Positions 9,174 through 18,649 of a stretch of 52,687 nucleotides of DNA are shown one piece after another. Position numbers and translations under genes: made by a program. Numbering within the stretch: the first letter of the stretch is position 1; each line of letters opens with the position of its first letter. Source of the stretch: Candidatus Binatia bacterium (GTDB lineage: Bacteria > Desulfobacterota > Binatia > HRBIN30); contig JBHHYR010000003.1 of NCBI GenBank assembly GCA_046757585.1, positions 1 to 52,687 of the forward strand, in the 5' to 3' direction. The notes beneath the pieces are model-generated. The model was not told the origin of the DNA. It made no database searches and worked only from the letters and a program-made list of their open reading frames with translations.

Positions 9174-12100
9174 TCAGACGACCTGCACCTCGCGCTGCTT
9201 GAAGAGGTGGTCGAGCCACAGCGAGGTGAGCTTCTCCGCGGTGGAATTCTGCCGGAGGCGTTGGTGCAGGAAGGAGAAGTCCACGTGGTCGAGGAGCTGG
9301 TCCTGGTTGAAGCAGCTGAACACCAACGACTCGCGTCCGGTGGCCGGATCGACGTGGCGCTGCAGGCACTGGGAACAGACTTCTTTGAGCATACACTGCA
9401 TCGGGGAATTGATCGAGCCGATACCGACGTGTTCGGCCCGCAGCAGGTCGCGGAGCGTTGTGTGTCGCGCCTGGCGGACAGCGTCCATCATCCGGTCCGA
9501 ACCGATACAGATGATACGATCGACGGTGTTGAGCGCAATGGAGGGATCGCCCAACGCGCCCCGGCCGTACTGCTCCATCGCCTGCACGATGTTTCCCACC
9601 ACGCTGCGATCCTGCGGGCGGTGCGTGACGATGGGGGGACCGTCATCCACGCTCCACACCACCAGGTCGCATGCACCTTCAATGGCGCGGCGTTTGAACA
9701 GATCGCCTGCGTGCTTGTAGCCCGCAAAGTAGATGACGCGATTGTGGCCTGCCTTGAGGGCAGCGGCGATCGAGAAAAGGACCGCATTGCCGAGCCCGCC
9801 ACCGGCCAGGAGGACGGTCTCACCCGCAGGAATCTCCGTTGGGCTGCCGGTTGGACCCATCAGCACGATCTCCTCACCCGGCTCGAGAATGGCACACAGG
9901 CGAGAGGACCCGCCCATCTCCAGTACGATGAGGGAAATTAGGCCGCGTTCAGGATCAGTCCACGCTCCGGTCAGGGCCAGGCCTTCCATAGTGAGGCGGA
10001 TGCCCTCGACGACCTCCGCCGTGCTTTCGTAGTTCTGCAGGCGGTAGAACTGACCGGGCCGGAAATTGCGCGCCGCCATCGGGGCACGGACGATGACCTC
10101 GACGATCCGGTCAGCCAGGCGGATCGCATCGACGACCTCCGCCCGCAGGCCGTCCTCGAGCACCTCGGCGAACCGGACCCACGCGTTCTCGCGTTCGGCT
10201 TGCTCCTCAAGTTCCTGTGCGGCGACCTCGCGTGCGAACAGGCGCGCGATCTGGCTGTACCCCAGCTGCGCCGACGCCATGGCTTTAACCACGTTCCCAG
10301 CGAACACCGGGTGTGCGTCCCCGTAGAAGGAGATGAAGCGGCCGGCCTTTTCATACGAGGTGAAGAAGCCGAGCCCGCCCGGGGGCACGGCTTCGAGCTC
10401 GAACCGGCCGTCACCCGCGTCGACCAGTCGGTGCATCGAGAAGAATTGCCGAGCAGCGTCGAGCTTGAACGTACCGGGGTATTCTTTCTCGTAGATGGTG
10501 TTCGGGTTGGTACCGGCCGCGACCAGCACCGTCCGGGCGGGGAAGTCGACCGTTTCGGCGCTGCTCTGCCATTTCCCGTCCCGGAGGACCATGCGCGTAC
10601 AGCGCAGCGCGCGCACATGCCCGTGCTCGTCCAGCAGGCATTTGGTGGGACTCATGCATTCGGTGAACCCAATGCCTTCCTCGAGGGACTTGATCACCTC
10701 TTCATGATTGAGGCGGTAGGCCGGCGCGTCCAATAGCCGTTTACGATAGACGATGGTCACGCCTCCCCACGAGCGCACGAGCCGAGCGAAATCGGGTGGC
10801 CGGCCGGCGGCGTGCGCGGCCGCCCGCTCCGCCTGCACCATCCGGGCGTGCCGCAACCAGGTGCGCACCGTTTGCGTCTCTTCTTCGTCAAGCCGGGCCC
10901 AGATTGCCGCTTCGCCGATGCGCCGTTTCAGGCGTTCGAACCGCTCGAGGGTCTTCTCGATCTGCGTGACATAATAGGCCTGGATTTCCGTGGCGGCATC
11001 GATTGCCGTCAGTCCGCCGCCAATGACGACGGCTGGTAGCTCCGCCTGCAAGTTCGTCAGCGAGTTCTTGCGATACGCGCCCTGGCCCTGCAACCCCATC
11101 AGGAAGTCCGACGCCTTGCGCACACCGCGGGCGAGGTTGTTCTTCATCCGGACGATCGTGGGCCGCCCCGCTCCCGCCGCGATCGCGATGTGATCGAACC
11201 CAAGGTTCCACGCGTCCTCGATCGTGAGTGTTCCTCCAAACCGTACCCCGTCGAGCAGCCGGAACTTCTTCCGCCGCATCAGGATGACGTAATTGATGTC
11301 CAGGAAGTTCTTGTCCCAGCGGACCGTAATGCCGTACTCGGCGACTCCCCCGAAGCCGAGTGTGGGACGCTCGGAGAGCGGACCGACGATGTCGTCGACG
11401 TCACGGATCGGGCGCGGAACGCGCCGTTTGGCGCCGCGCAGCGCCGGGGCCAGAGGTTCCACCTTGAGACCCTCAATGCCGACCACGCCGAAGCCTTCGT
11501 TTAGCAAGTGCTGCGCCAAGGTGTAGCCGGCCGGGCCCATGCCAACGACGAGCACGTTCTTACCGTTGTAGCGGAGCGGGCAGGGCCGCCGCGCGTTGAG
11601 TGGATTCCAGCGGGTCAGGAGCGAGACGATCTCGAAGCCGTAGGGGAGCTGCAAGACCTGGGTGAGAATACCGGTCTCGATCTGCGGGATGTTCACCGGA
11701 TCCTGCTTCTGGAAGATGCACGATTTCATACAGTCGTTGCAGATGCGATGCCCCGTGCCTGCCAGCATCGGGTTATCAATCATGATCACTGCAAGCGCGC
11801 CGATCGGTTGTCCCTCCCGGTAGAGCTTGATCATTTCGGAGATCTTCTCGTGCAGCGGACACCCGTCGAGCGCAATACCGAGCGGGTTGCGCTGCACGGC
11901 GCCGTCCTTCGTATGCAGGCCGGTGGTACAGGAGTCCTTGCCGCGCTCGTGACATGTCAGGCAATAGTACGCCTCGCCCAGATTCTGCCGCGGCGTGAAG
12001 CGGCGATCGGTCAGATCGAACCCGTCTCGATGCCTGCGGCTCTCCGGGGGTCCCATGAAGAACTCGGGCAGGTCGGCCCGCGGCTGAATGCGAGCGACGA

Positions 12101-12791
12101 GGCTGCCGTAATCCATCTTGTGGGGCACACGAAAACAGGTGAATTGCCGCCGGCGTTCAGCCAAGGCGGGGTGGAAGGCAAGGGCACACACCCAAGCTTC
12201 GACAGCTTGCAGCTGCACCGCAGCCGCGGCACGCGCCGCCCGATCACCCTGCTCGACCGCAGCGAGCAAGGTCATGGTCACCTGCGCCAGCTCGCGCTCG
12301 GGATCTGCGGTGAGGGCGGCGTCGGGCATCAGCACGTCCACGACTTCACGGTAGCCAAACTCCAATGCCACCGCGTCCATCTGCGCCAAGGCTTCTGCGG
12401 TCGGCGGTGCTTTGAGGACACGGCGCTCGATGAATTGCCGTTTCCATTCGAAGACGACCTGGTCCGCCCGTGCCTGTTCGCACAGCGCCACGTGGTCCTT
12501 CTCAATGTGAAAGAGCCGGGCGATGAACGCGCCCACGTGCGGCGCCACGCGGACCAACAGATCCGATTCCTCCCGCCGCGGAAACCCCGCGCCATGCCGT
12601 TTACGATAGTCTTCGAAGGCGGTTGCCAGCGCAGCATCCGCTGTGCGCAACACCTCCAGAAACGTCGCGTCCAACGCGGCCAGTCGTCGGACCCGATTCA
12701 GGTCGGCGTACTTGAAGCCGGGAATGCCGAGCTGCAGGTTCCATGCCCGCGCCTCCTGGCGGGGATTCTCCGGCAAGTGCCTCAGTGCCAT
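9174..12791 (-). CDS. Large FAD/Fe-S oxidoreductase: GltD/NfnB-like domain fused to a C-terminal PyrK/NfnA-like domain
   Basis: CLTC...SC...GCP and ICNDC..SC clusters; GMGPAG and GGGLTAID; C-terminal FRPGQF, MGPTG, GGGLG, SPMQCMLKEVCSQC...FSC. Confidence 0.88.
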   Translation of the reverse strand: MALRHLPENPRQEARAWNLQLGIPGFKYADLNRVRRLAALDATFLEVLRTADAALATAFEDYRKRHGAGFPRREESDLLVRVAPHVGAFIARLFHIEKDHVALCEQARADQVVFEWKRQFIERRVLKAPPTAEALAQMDAVALEFGYREVVDVLMPDAALTADPERELAQVTMTLLAAVEQGDRAARAAAAVQLQAVEAWVCALAFHPALAERRRQFTCFRVPHKMDYGSLVARIQPRADLPEFFMGPPESRRHRDGFDLTDRRFTPRQNLGEAYYCLTCHERGKDSCTTGLHTKDGAVQRNPLGIALDGCPLHEKISEMIKLYREGQPIGALAVIMIDNPMLAGTGHRICNDCMKSCIFQKQDPVNIPQIETGILTQVLQLPYGFEIVSLLTRWNPLNARRPCPLRYNGKNVLVVGMGPAGYTLAQHLLNEGFGVVGIEGLKVEPLAPALRGAKRRVPRPIRDVDDIVGPLSERPTLGFGGVAEYGITVRWDKNFLDINYVILMRRKKFRLLDGVRFGGTLTIEDAWNLGFDHIAIAAGAGRPTIVRMKNNLARGVRKASDFLMGLQGQGAYRKNSLTNLQAELPAVVIGGGLTAIDAATEIQAYYVTQIEKTLERFERLKRRIGEAAIWARLDEEETQTVRTWLRHARMVQAERAAAHAAGRPPDFARLVRSWGGVTIVYRKRLLDAPAYRLNHEEVIKSLEEGIGFTECMSPTKCLLDEHGHVRALRCTRMVLRDGKWQSSAETVDFPARTVLVAAGTNPNTIYEKEYPGTFKLDAARQFFSMHRLVDAGDGRFELEAVPPGGLGFFTSYEKAGRFISFYGDAHPVFAGNVVKAMASAQLGYSQIARLFAREVAAQELEEQAERENAWVRFAEVLEDGLRAEVVDAIRLADRIVEVIVRAPMAARNFRPGQFYRLQNYESTAEVVEGIRLTMEGLALTGAWTDPERGLISLIVLEMGGSSRLCAILEPGEEIVLMGPTGSPTEIPAGETVLLAGGGLGNAVLFSIAAALKAGHNRVIYFAGYKHAGDLFKRRAIEGACDLVVWSVDDGPPIVTHRPQDRSVVGNIVQAMEQYGRGALGDPSIALNTVDRIICIGSDRMMDAVRQARHTTLRDLLRAEHVGIGSINSPMQCMLKEVCSQCLQRHVDPATGRESLVFSCFNQDQLLDHVDFSFLHQRLRQNSTAEKLTSLWLDHLFKQREVQVV

Positions 12792-13003
12792 GGGCGTATT
12801 CTTAGCTTGCCGAGCACCCCTCATGCTAGGGGGCCGCGTGCGAACGCGTCTGAAAACCGCGGCGGCACTCGAGCGGGAAGGCGATCCTGGAAACCTGTGC
12901 CCATAGCGCTCCGAGCCGTGAGACCCACGCCAGCCCTACGGGAGACGCAGTTGGCAACAGCGCTGACTTGACGCCCTGTGCAGCGCCGGGATACAGGGCA
13001 CCC

Positions 13004-13765
13004 ATGCAGCCCCTGGCGGGTCGTGTGGGCGTCGTGACCGGCGCATCAGGCGGGATCGGCGCTGCCGTGGCGCGCGCACTGGCGGAGGCCGGGATGGCGG
13101 TCGTTCTCGGTGCCCGGCGCAGCGATCGGCTCGAGCAAGTGCGTGACGACATCCGGGCTCGGGGGGGAAGAGCCGCCGCAGTGCCAACGGACATGCGTGA
13201 CGACACACAGGTCGAACGCCTGATTAGCACCGCCGTCACGCGCTACGGCCAGATCGATACGTTGGTGAACAACGCCGCAGTCGGCACGCTGCGTCCGGTC
13301 GCGGAGGGACGCACGGACGAGTGGCGGGCCATGGTGGAAACCAATTTTCTTGGTGTGCTGGCGGCGTGCCGCGCGGCCCTGCAACACATGCTCCCACAAC
13401 ATCGCGGTGACATCCTGAGCGTGACCTCGGCCAGCGCCTACGAAGCCTGGCCGTATCTGGCCGTGTATGCTGCGTCAAAAGCAGCGATCCACTCGCTGTC
13501 ACGCGGCTTGCGCGCCGAGGTGGCCGGCCAGGGTGTGCGGGTGATGACCATCGAGGTCCACAACGTTGCCGGCACTGACTTCGCCTCGCACTTCGACCCG
13601 GCGCTCATGCAGGTCGCGGTCAAGCACTGGGAAGCGCTCGGGCTCGTGAGTCGTGCGAGCTCCACCATCACGCCGCACCATGTCGCCCGCGCCGTGGTCT
13701 TCCAGCTCTCACTTCCCGAACCTGCCAGCGTGCACCACCTGACGATCCGGTCGCGGGCCAATTGA
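13004..13765 (+). CDS. Short-chain dehydrogenase/reductase (NADP-type)
   Basis: TGASGGIG, ARR, NNAA, YAASK. Confidence 0.93.
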   Translation: MQPLAGRVGVVTGASGGIGAAVARALAEAGMAVVLGARRSDRLEQVRDDIRARGGRAAAVPTDMRDDTQVERLISTAVTRYGQIDTLVNNAAVGTLRPVAEGRTDEWRAMVETNFLGVLAACRAALQHMLPQHRGDILSVTSASAYEAWPYLAVYAASKAAIHSLSRGLRAEVAGQGVRVMTIEVHNVAGTDFASHFDPALMQVAVKHWEALGLVSRASSTITPHHVARAVVFQLSLPEPASVHHLTIRSRAN

Positions 13766-13813
13766 AGTGCACGCAGGCACGTCCTTGTCAAACTTCCGGG
13801 GCACGGTGGGATC

Positions 13814-14653
13814 ATGAGGGTCACACTATGGGGCACTCGCGGCTCTGTGGCGTCTCCGGGCGCCGAAACGGCACGCTACGGCGGAAACACGTCGTGCGTG
13901 GAAGTGCGCGGTCGCGATGGCACCGTTCTGATCCTCGACGCCGGCACCGGTATTCGGCGCCTGGGGATGGCGCTCCCGCGCTCGCTGCGTCGGGTCAATG
14001 TGCTGCTAACGCATCTGCACATGGACCACATCCAAGGGCTGGGGTTTTTCCCGCCGTTGCACGACCGGGACATAGAAGCGCACGTCTGGGGACCCGCCAG
14101 CACCACGCTCAGTCTCAAGGCACGCCTGCTGCGGTACCTGTCGCCGCCGCTCTTCCCGGTTCGGCTGCGGGATCTACGCTGCCGGCTCTTCCTCCATGAG
14201 GTGCCGTGCGGCAGCTTCGACGTCGGCGAGTTCCACATCTCTTCGGCACTCGTCTGCCACCCGGGACCGACTGTCGGGTATCGGATTGCCACTGCCCGCG
14301 GTGCACTGGCATACTTCCCCGACCACGAGCCAGCCCTGGGTGCGCGGAACTTTCCGGTGAACGCGGAGTGGACGTCAGGTTACGCGATTGCGGCCGGGGC
14401 CGACTTGCTCATCCACGACGCACAGTACAGCAGTGCGGAATATCTGCACCATGTCGGCTGGGGTCATAGTTCCCTGGCACACGCGTTCGAGTTCGCCACG
14501 CTCGCTCGCGTCAAGCGTCTTGTCCCGTTCCATCACGACCCGGCCCACACCGACAGCGACTTGGATCGACTCCTCAGTGAGGCAGCAGGCGCTGCCAAAC
14601 GTCCCTTCAAGGTGACGCCGGGCATCGAGGGAGCCCGCTTCAACGTCCGGTAG
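13814..14653 (+). CDS. MBL-fold metallohydrolase (RNase Z/PhnP-like phosphodiesterase)
   Basis: WGTRGS, YGGNTSC, THLHMDH, DHE, HDAQY, GWGHS, FHHDP. Confidence 0.9.
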   Translation: MRVTLWGTRGSVASPGAETARYGGNTSCVEVRGRDGTVLILDAGTGIRRLGMALPRSLRRVNVLLTHLHMDHIQGLGFFPPLHDRDIEAHVWGPASTTLSLKARLLRYLSPPLFPVRLRDLRCRLFLHEVPCGSFDVGEFHISSALVCHPGPTVGYRIATARGALAYFPDHEPALGARNFPVNAEWTSGYAIAAGADLLIHDAQYSSAEYLHHVGWGHSSLAHAFEFATLARVKRLVPFHHDPAHTDSDLDRLLSEAAGAAKRPFKVTPGIEGARFNVR

Positions 14654-14693
14654 CCAGCGCCGCGTGTCGCTGCAGGGGTAGGGGTTGGCCCCT

Positions 14694-15509
14694 TCACGAC
14701 GGCCCGACACGCAGTGTGATGCCCCCGTCAACGGAGATGGCCTGGCCGGTGATGTTCCGCGCGTCAGCGCTGCTAAGGAATACGGTGAGCTTGCCGATGT
14801 CTTCCGGTGTCTGTTCCCGGCCCAACGGGACGCCACGCTGCACCTGATCCAGGAAGATGTCGCGCGGCTCGCTGTCCGCATATCGAGGCACGCTCATCTT
14901 CAGCAGCATTGCCAGCATTTCCCAGGCGCGGGTCCACAGGAAACCAGGGCAGATGGCGTTGACCCGAATGTGCGACGCCGCAAGCTCCAGCGCCAGACTG
15001 CGGGTCAGCGAAATGACCCCTGCTTTGGCGGCGCCGTACGCCGGAATCGCCACCGTGGGCAGGAGTCCGGCAATCGAGGCAATGTTGACAATGGACCCTC
15101 CGCCGCGTTGTTGGAGGTGCGGGATGGCCGCCTTACTTGCCGCAAACGTGGTGCGCAGGTTCGTGGCAAGCTGATCGTCCCAACCAGCCTGATCGATGTT
15201 CGTGAAGGGATTGCCGATCGCGGTTGCGCTGTTCTGCCCCCCTCCGCCGGCATTGTTGACCAGAATATCCAGGCCACCGAAACGGCGGACGACATCAGCG
15301 GTCGCCGCGCCGATCTGCCGCTCGTCGGAGACATCGGCCGCGAGTCCGACCGCTTCACCGCCGAGGCCGGCGGCTGTTGCCTCGGCGTCGGAGCCGTCGA
15401 GATCGATCAGTGCCAAGCGGGCACCTTCGGTTGCGAGGCAGCGGGCGATGCCAGCCCCGATGCCCCGAGCTCCCCCTGTTACGATCGCCACCGTGTCCTT
15501 CAGCCGCAT
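14694..15509 (-). CDS. Short-chain dehydrogenase/reductase (NAD-type)
   Basis: TGGARGIG, NNAG, YGAAK, VNAICPG, ITGQ..SVDGG; RBS AAGGAGG. Confidence 0.93.
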   Translation of the reverse strand: MRLKDTVAIVTGGARGIGAGIARCLATEGARLALIDLDGSDAEATAAGLGGEAVGLAADVSDERQIGAATADVVRRFGGLDILVNNAGGGGQNSATAIGNPFTNIDQAGWDDQLATNLRTTFAASKAAIPHLQQRGGGSIVNIASIAGLLPTVAIPAYGAAKAGVISLTRSLALELAASHIRVNAICPGFLWTRAWEMLAMLLKMSVPRYADSEPRDIFLDQVQRGVPLGREQTPEDIGKLTVFLSSADARNITGQAISVDGGITLRVGPS

Positions 15510-15678
15510 GCTTGACCCTCCTTAAATAAAGATAAGCCAGCCTTCACAAGCGCCTGGTGTCACAGGCGCATGCATGACGGAATGACCAGTTCTTTTGGTC
15601 GGAGCACTGCCCGGGACGCCCTCTCCCTATTCCAAAGAAACGCGATATTCTTTCGACGGCGAAGACGGGCGGCATGGG

Positions 15679-16518
15679 TCAAGGTCCCCTGCGCCGGTGA
15701 CGCCGCCGGCCGTGGAGCAATGCCAGCGCGGCAGGCAGCAGCAGGAGCCAGCCACTCCCCGCGGCGCCCACGACACTTGTCTGGCACCCCGAGCCGCTGC
15801 CGTCACCAGAGTTTGCCACACTGTTCGGATAGATTGACAAGATCCCGCCGATATCATCGGACTGCAGCCGATCGATATTACCCTCGCGGCTATTCATGAT
15901 CGCGACAACGTCCTGGCCATTGTCGTCGGGGTGATCGAGGCCGAGCACATGTCCGAACTCGTGCAAGAGCACACGGCGGACGTCGTTGAGGACACGGCCG
16001 TTCACGACACGGATGTCCCCGTCGTACGCATTCCAATCCACGTTGGCGTTTACCAAGACCGGCGCATTCAGCAGTGCTCCGCTTGTACGCTCGGCGCAGT
16101 TGTTCGTCAATTCGATCACGTCACCGAACCCGCTGCCGCAGAAGTCGCCCGCGAAGAAGATCGGGTTGTCGCCCACTGGTCCCGTGTTGGGGCACGCATG
16201 ATTCGGCCCGCGGGGCCCGCAGGGGTCGAAGAACTGGCCCCCCACGGTGACCGTAAAGCGGAAGGCGGCCCCGACGCTGTTCCAGTCGTTGGCCGCATTG
16301 ATCGCGTTCTGATCCCAATTGAGGGTCCCGTTGAGTAGCACCGTGCCGGGCGCTGGGCTCCCCAAAAACGCTCGCAACGTGGCACCATGCTGAACCCAGC
16401 GGACGCAACGACCGTTGATCTGCAAACAGGCAAACGCCTGCGCAGCGGTGGCACGTAGCACGACGACCAACACGATGGCAACGCAGGCCAGGTTCCGTGT
16501 GAGGCAGGCTCGGCTCAT
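15679..16518 (-). CDS. Matrixin-family (metzincin) metalloprotease with a C-terminal MYXO-CTERM-like sorting signal
   Basis: Signal peptide (AQA/AFA); HEFGHVLGLDH; Met-turn AIMN; tail GSGSGC + hydrophobic helix + RRRHRRR. Confidence 0.88.
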   Translation of the reverse strand: MSRACLTRNLACVAIVLVVVLRATAAQAFACLQINGRCVRWVQHGATLRAFLGSPAPGTVLLNGTLNWDQNAINAANDWNSVGAAFRFTVTVGGQFFDPCGPRGPNHACPNTGPVGDNPIFFAGDFCGSGFGDVIELTNNCAERTSGALLNAPVLVNANVDWNAYDGDIRVVNGRVLNDVRRVLLHEFGHVLGLDHPDDNGQDVVAIMNSREGNIDRLQSDDIGGILSIYPNSVANSGDGSGSGCQTSVVGAAGSGWLLLLPAALALLHGRRRHRRRGP

Positions 16519-16521
16519 CCG

Positions 16522-17151
16522 TCACCTCGCCACGCCGGCGCCCCCGCTCGGATGCGCCAGCTCGCTGGCGACGAGCTCCAGAAAGCCATCGAGTGTCAAC
16601 GGCGTTGCGGCGCCATCCTGCCCGACCGATCCGCGGCGCAGCTCACGACCGGCCCTGCCGAGCACCGGCGCTCCATCGCTGGCCTCCACGATATCTCTGC
16701 GTCGCTCACGATCGAAGCGCACGTGAAACCGGCCCTGGAAGATCCCAACCAACGGGCAGATATCACGGCCGGTACCCGCAACGAACAACACGTCGCGCTC
16801 GCCGACCGTGAAGGACGGCATGTCCGGAATGTGCACCGCCACATCGCCGGTCGCACCACCATAGAACCGCAGCGTCAGGACCGCCCCGGCATCCCCCTTG
16901 AGGACGTAGAGGTCAGACAAGGTCACCGCAGTCCATGGCGCTCCCACTTCGTCCGTTTCGTGCGTGATCTTGCTCACCGTGCCCACCACGATTTGCTCGG
17001 CCCGCGCCACGAGCTCCGGAAAGTCCCGCTTCACGACCACCATCGCGTTGACACCCTGGGGCGTGGCCAGCAGGATCCCCGCTACGGTGCACCACCCGAT
17101 GCCCGCGCGCACGAGAAACCGCGCCTTCACGGGGTTCAAAGAATACAACAT
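16522..17151 (-). CDS. Secreted hypothetical protein, prodomain/OB-fold-like partner of the matrixin
   Basis: Signal-like N-terminus; ELV..AEQIVVGTV, YGG, P.F..GER.VLF and GIFQGRF pattern resembling N-terminal domains of bacterial matrixins; ends 3 nt before the matrixin start; RBS GGAGG. Confidence 0.7.
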   Translation of the reverse strand: MLYSLNPVKARFLVRAGIGWCTVAGILLATPQGVNAMVVVKRDFPELVARAEQIVVGTVSKITHETDEVGAPWTAVTLSDLYVLKGDAGAVLTLRFYGGATGDVAVHIPDMPSFTVGERDVLFVAGTGRDICPLVGIFQGRFHVRFDRERRRDIVEASDGAPVLGRAGRELRRGSVGQDGAATPLTLDGFLELVASELAHPSGGAGVAR

Positions 17152-17286
17152 GCCATGGCCTCCAGGGAGCGAAACTCCGGCACACGGTAGCAGACGCACC
17201 GAGCTGAGACCACCAGGCAAGAAGCCATGGCCCGCTTGGTCGGGACCTGCAGGCTACGCGCTGCGGTAGCGGGCGGCGCCTGCACG

Positions 17287-18591
17287 TCAGTACGTGTACT
17301 CGATCTGTGTCGTGTAGATCACATCCGCCCGGATGCCGTCACGGTTCACCGGGAACTGAAAGTTGCCAGCGATCACGAACTGGCCGAAGGGGTTGAACTT
17401 GAAGCCCACTGCTGACTGGATCACGTCGTCGTTGATGCCATCCCGCTTGTCGTCGTGGAAGCCAAGGAAGTCGGCGGCCAGCGTGAGCCAGTTCGTGGCA
17501 CGCACATCGGCGCCGGCAATCCATCGCGCCTGACTCACATCTGCACCACTCCGAAAGGAGTAGCCAAGGTTCAGGTGGGGGGAGACGCGGCCAAATCGCT
17601 TGGACGCAATCAACCAGGGGGTAAACGTCGGGTCGCTGAAACCTAGGAAGTCACCGGCATTCCCGGTGGGCAGGGTCAGGACACCGATGGCCGCAAGGTT
17701 TGCGAAAGGCGTATCGTAGAAATGCCACTTGGTACGCAGAAAAAGGTCGCCGGTGCCGAAAGCGGAGGCTTCGAATCGATCCGTGGCGCAGCGAAAGTTG
17801 CCTGCTTCACACAGCCGGCCGGAACCGGCGCTTAGTTCCCGGGTGCGGGGATCCACCAAGAAGGTCCCATTGCCGGGCCGGCCGTCAGGCCTCTGGATCA
17901 TCGTCACGGCGCGACCGCGCATCCGTGCGTGGTTGACCGCCAGTGCCATGCTCACGTCAACGGAGTCGGTGAGCCCGAAGGCGGCGCCAAAGAACAGGAG
18001 ATCAAACGAAAGCTTGAGGTTGAGCCGCGTGCGCAGCCGGTCATCCTTGAGCTTCTCTCGGTCGGAAGGCAATAGGGTGTCCAGGAACGCGGCCGAAAAG
18101 GCGTCCTGCGAGAAGGACAAGCGGTTGATCGAATCCCCCTCCAAGGTGTCGAAGTCGATGCGCGTGTAGGAAAAGCTCAGCGTGCCCGTATGCCGTCCCA
18201 GCGTCTCGGCACGCTCCGCCAGCGGTGCGCCAAGGCTCTGCGGGAGCCGCACGAACGTGTCGAGCTCAGGGTCCCATGCGAAGCGGAACGCGCCGCTGGC
18301 CGAGGGAATCGGGGCCTGCGAGCGCGCCGCAGCCAGCGCCGCCGACAGCGACCGGAACTGGTCAGCGAAGCGCAGCCGGGCCCTCGAGGCACGTTGGTCG
18401 GTTATGGCCGCCGCCGTCGATAGTGTGCCGCCAAAAAGCCCTGGAATCCGGCGATCCAACGGCCTCGCGCCTGCGGGTTCTCCACCCGCACCCAACACGA
18501 GGCAGCTGGCGAGCACCGTTCCAAGTATCCACCGCCACGAACGACACCACCACCCACCAACGTCCACCCTATCGTGCAGCGGGCCACTCAT
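17287..18591 (-). CDS. Outer-membrane beta-barrel 'transporter' (MetA-pathway/SphA-like); start may be GTG 18660
   Basis: Signal peptide; GTGDLFLRTKW, TLPTG, HLNLGY, amphipathic strands; C-terminal aromatic (IEYTY). Confidence 0.75.
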   Translation of the reverse strand: MSGPLHDRVDVGGWWCRSWRWILGTVLASCLVLGAGGEPAGARPLDRRIPGLFGGTLSTAAAITDQRASRARLRFADQFRSLSAALAAARSQAPIPSASGAFRFAWDPELDTFVRLPQSLGAPLAERAETLGRHTGTLSFSYTRIDFDTLEGDSINRLSFSQDAFSAAFLDTLLPSDREKLKDDRLRTRLNLKLSFDLLFFGAAFGLTDSVDVSMALAVNHARMRGRAVTMIQRPDGRPGNGTFLVDPRTRELSAGSGRLCEAGNFRCATDRFEASAFGTGDLFLRTKWHFYDTPFANLAAIGVLTLPTGNAGDFLGFSDPTFTPWLIASKRFGRVSPHLNLGYSFRSGADVSQARWIAGADVRATNWLTLAADFLGFHDDKRDGINDDVIQSAVGFKFNPFGQFVIAGNFQFPVNRDGIRADVIYTTQIEYTY

Positions 18592-18649
18592 GGATCCTGC
18601 GAGCTGGAACGGTGTGAGCCGCCTTCGGCTGACGGCGCCCGCGCAGGGG

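Noticed and set aside
9174-12791. Glutamate synthase small subunit gltD
   Set aside because: More than twice the usual length, with an extra PyrK/NfnA-like domain and no gltB.
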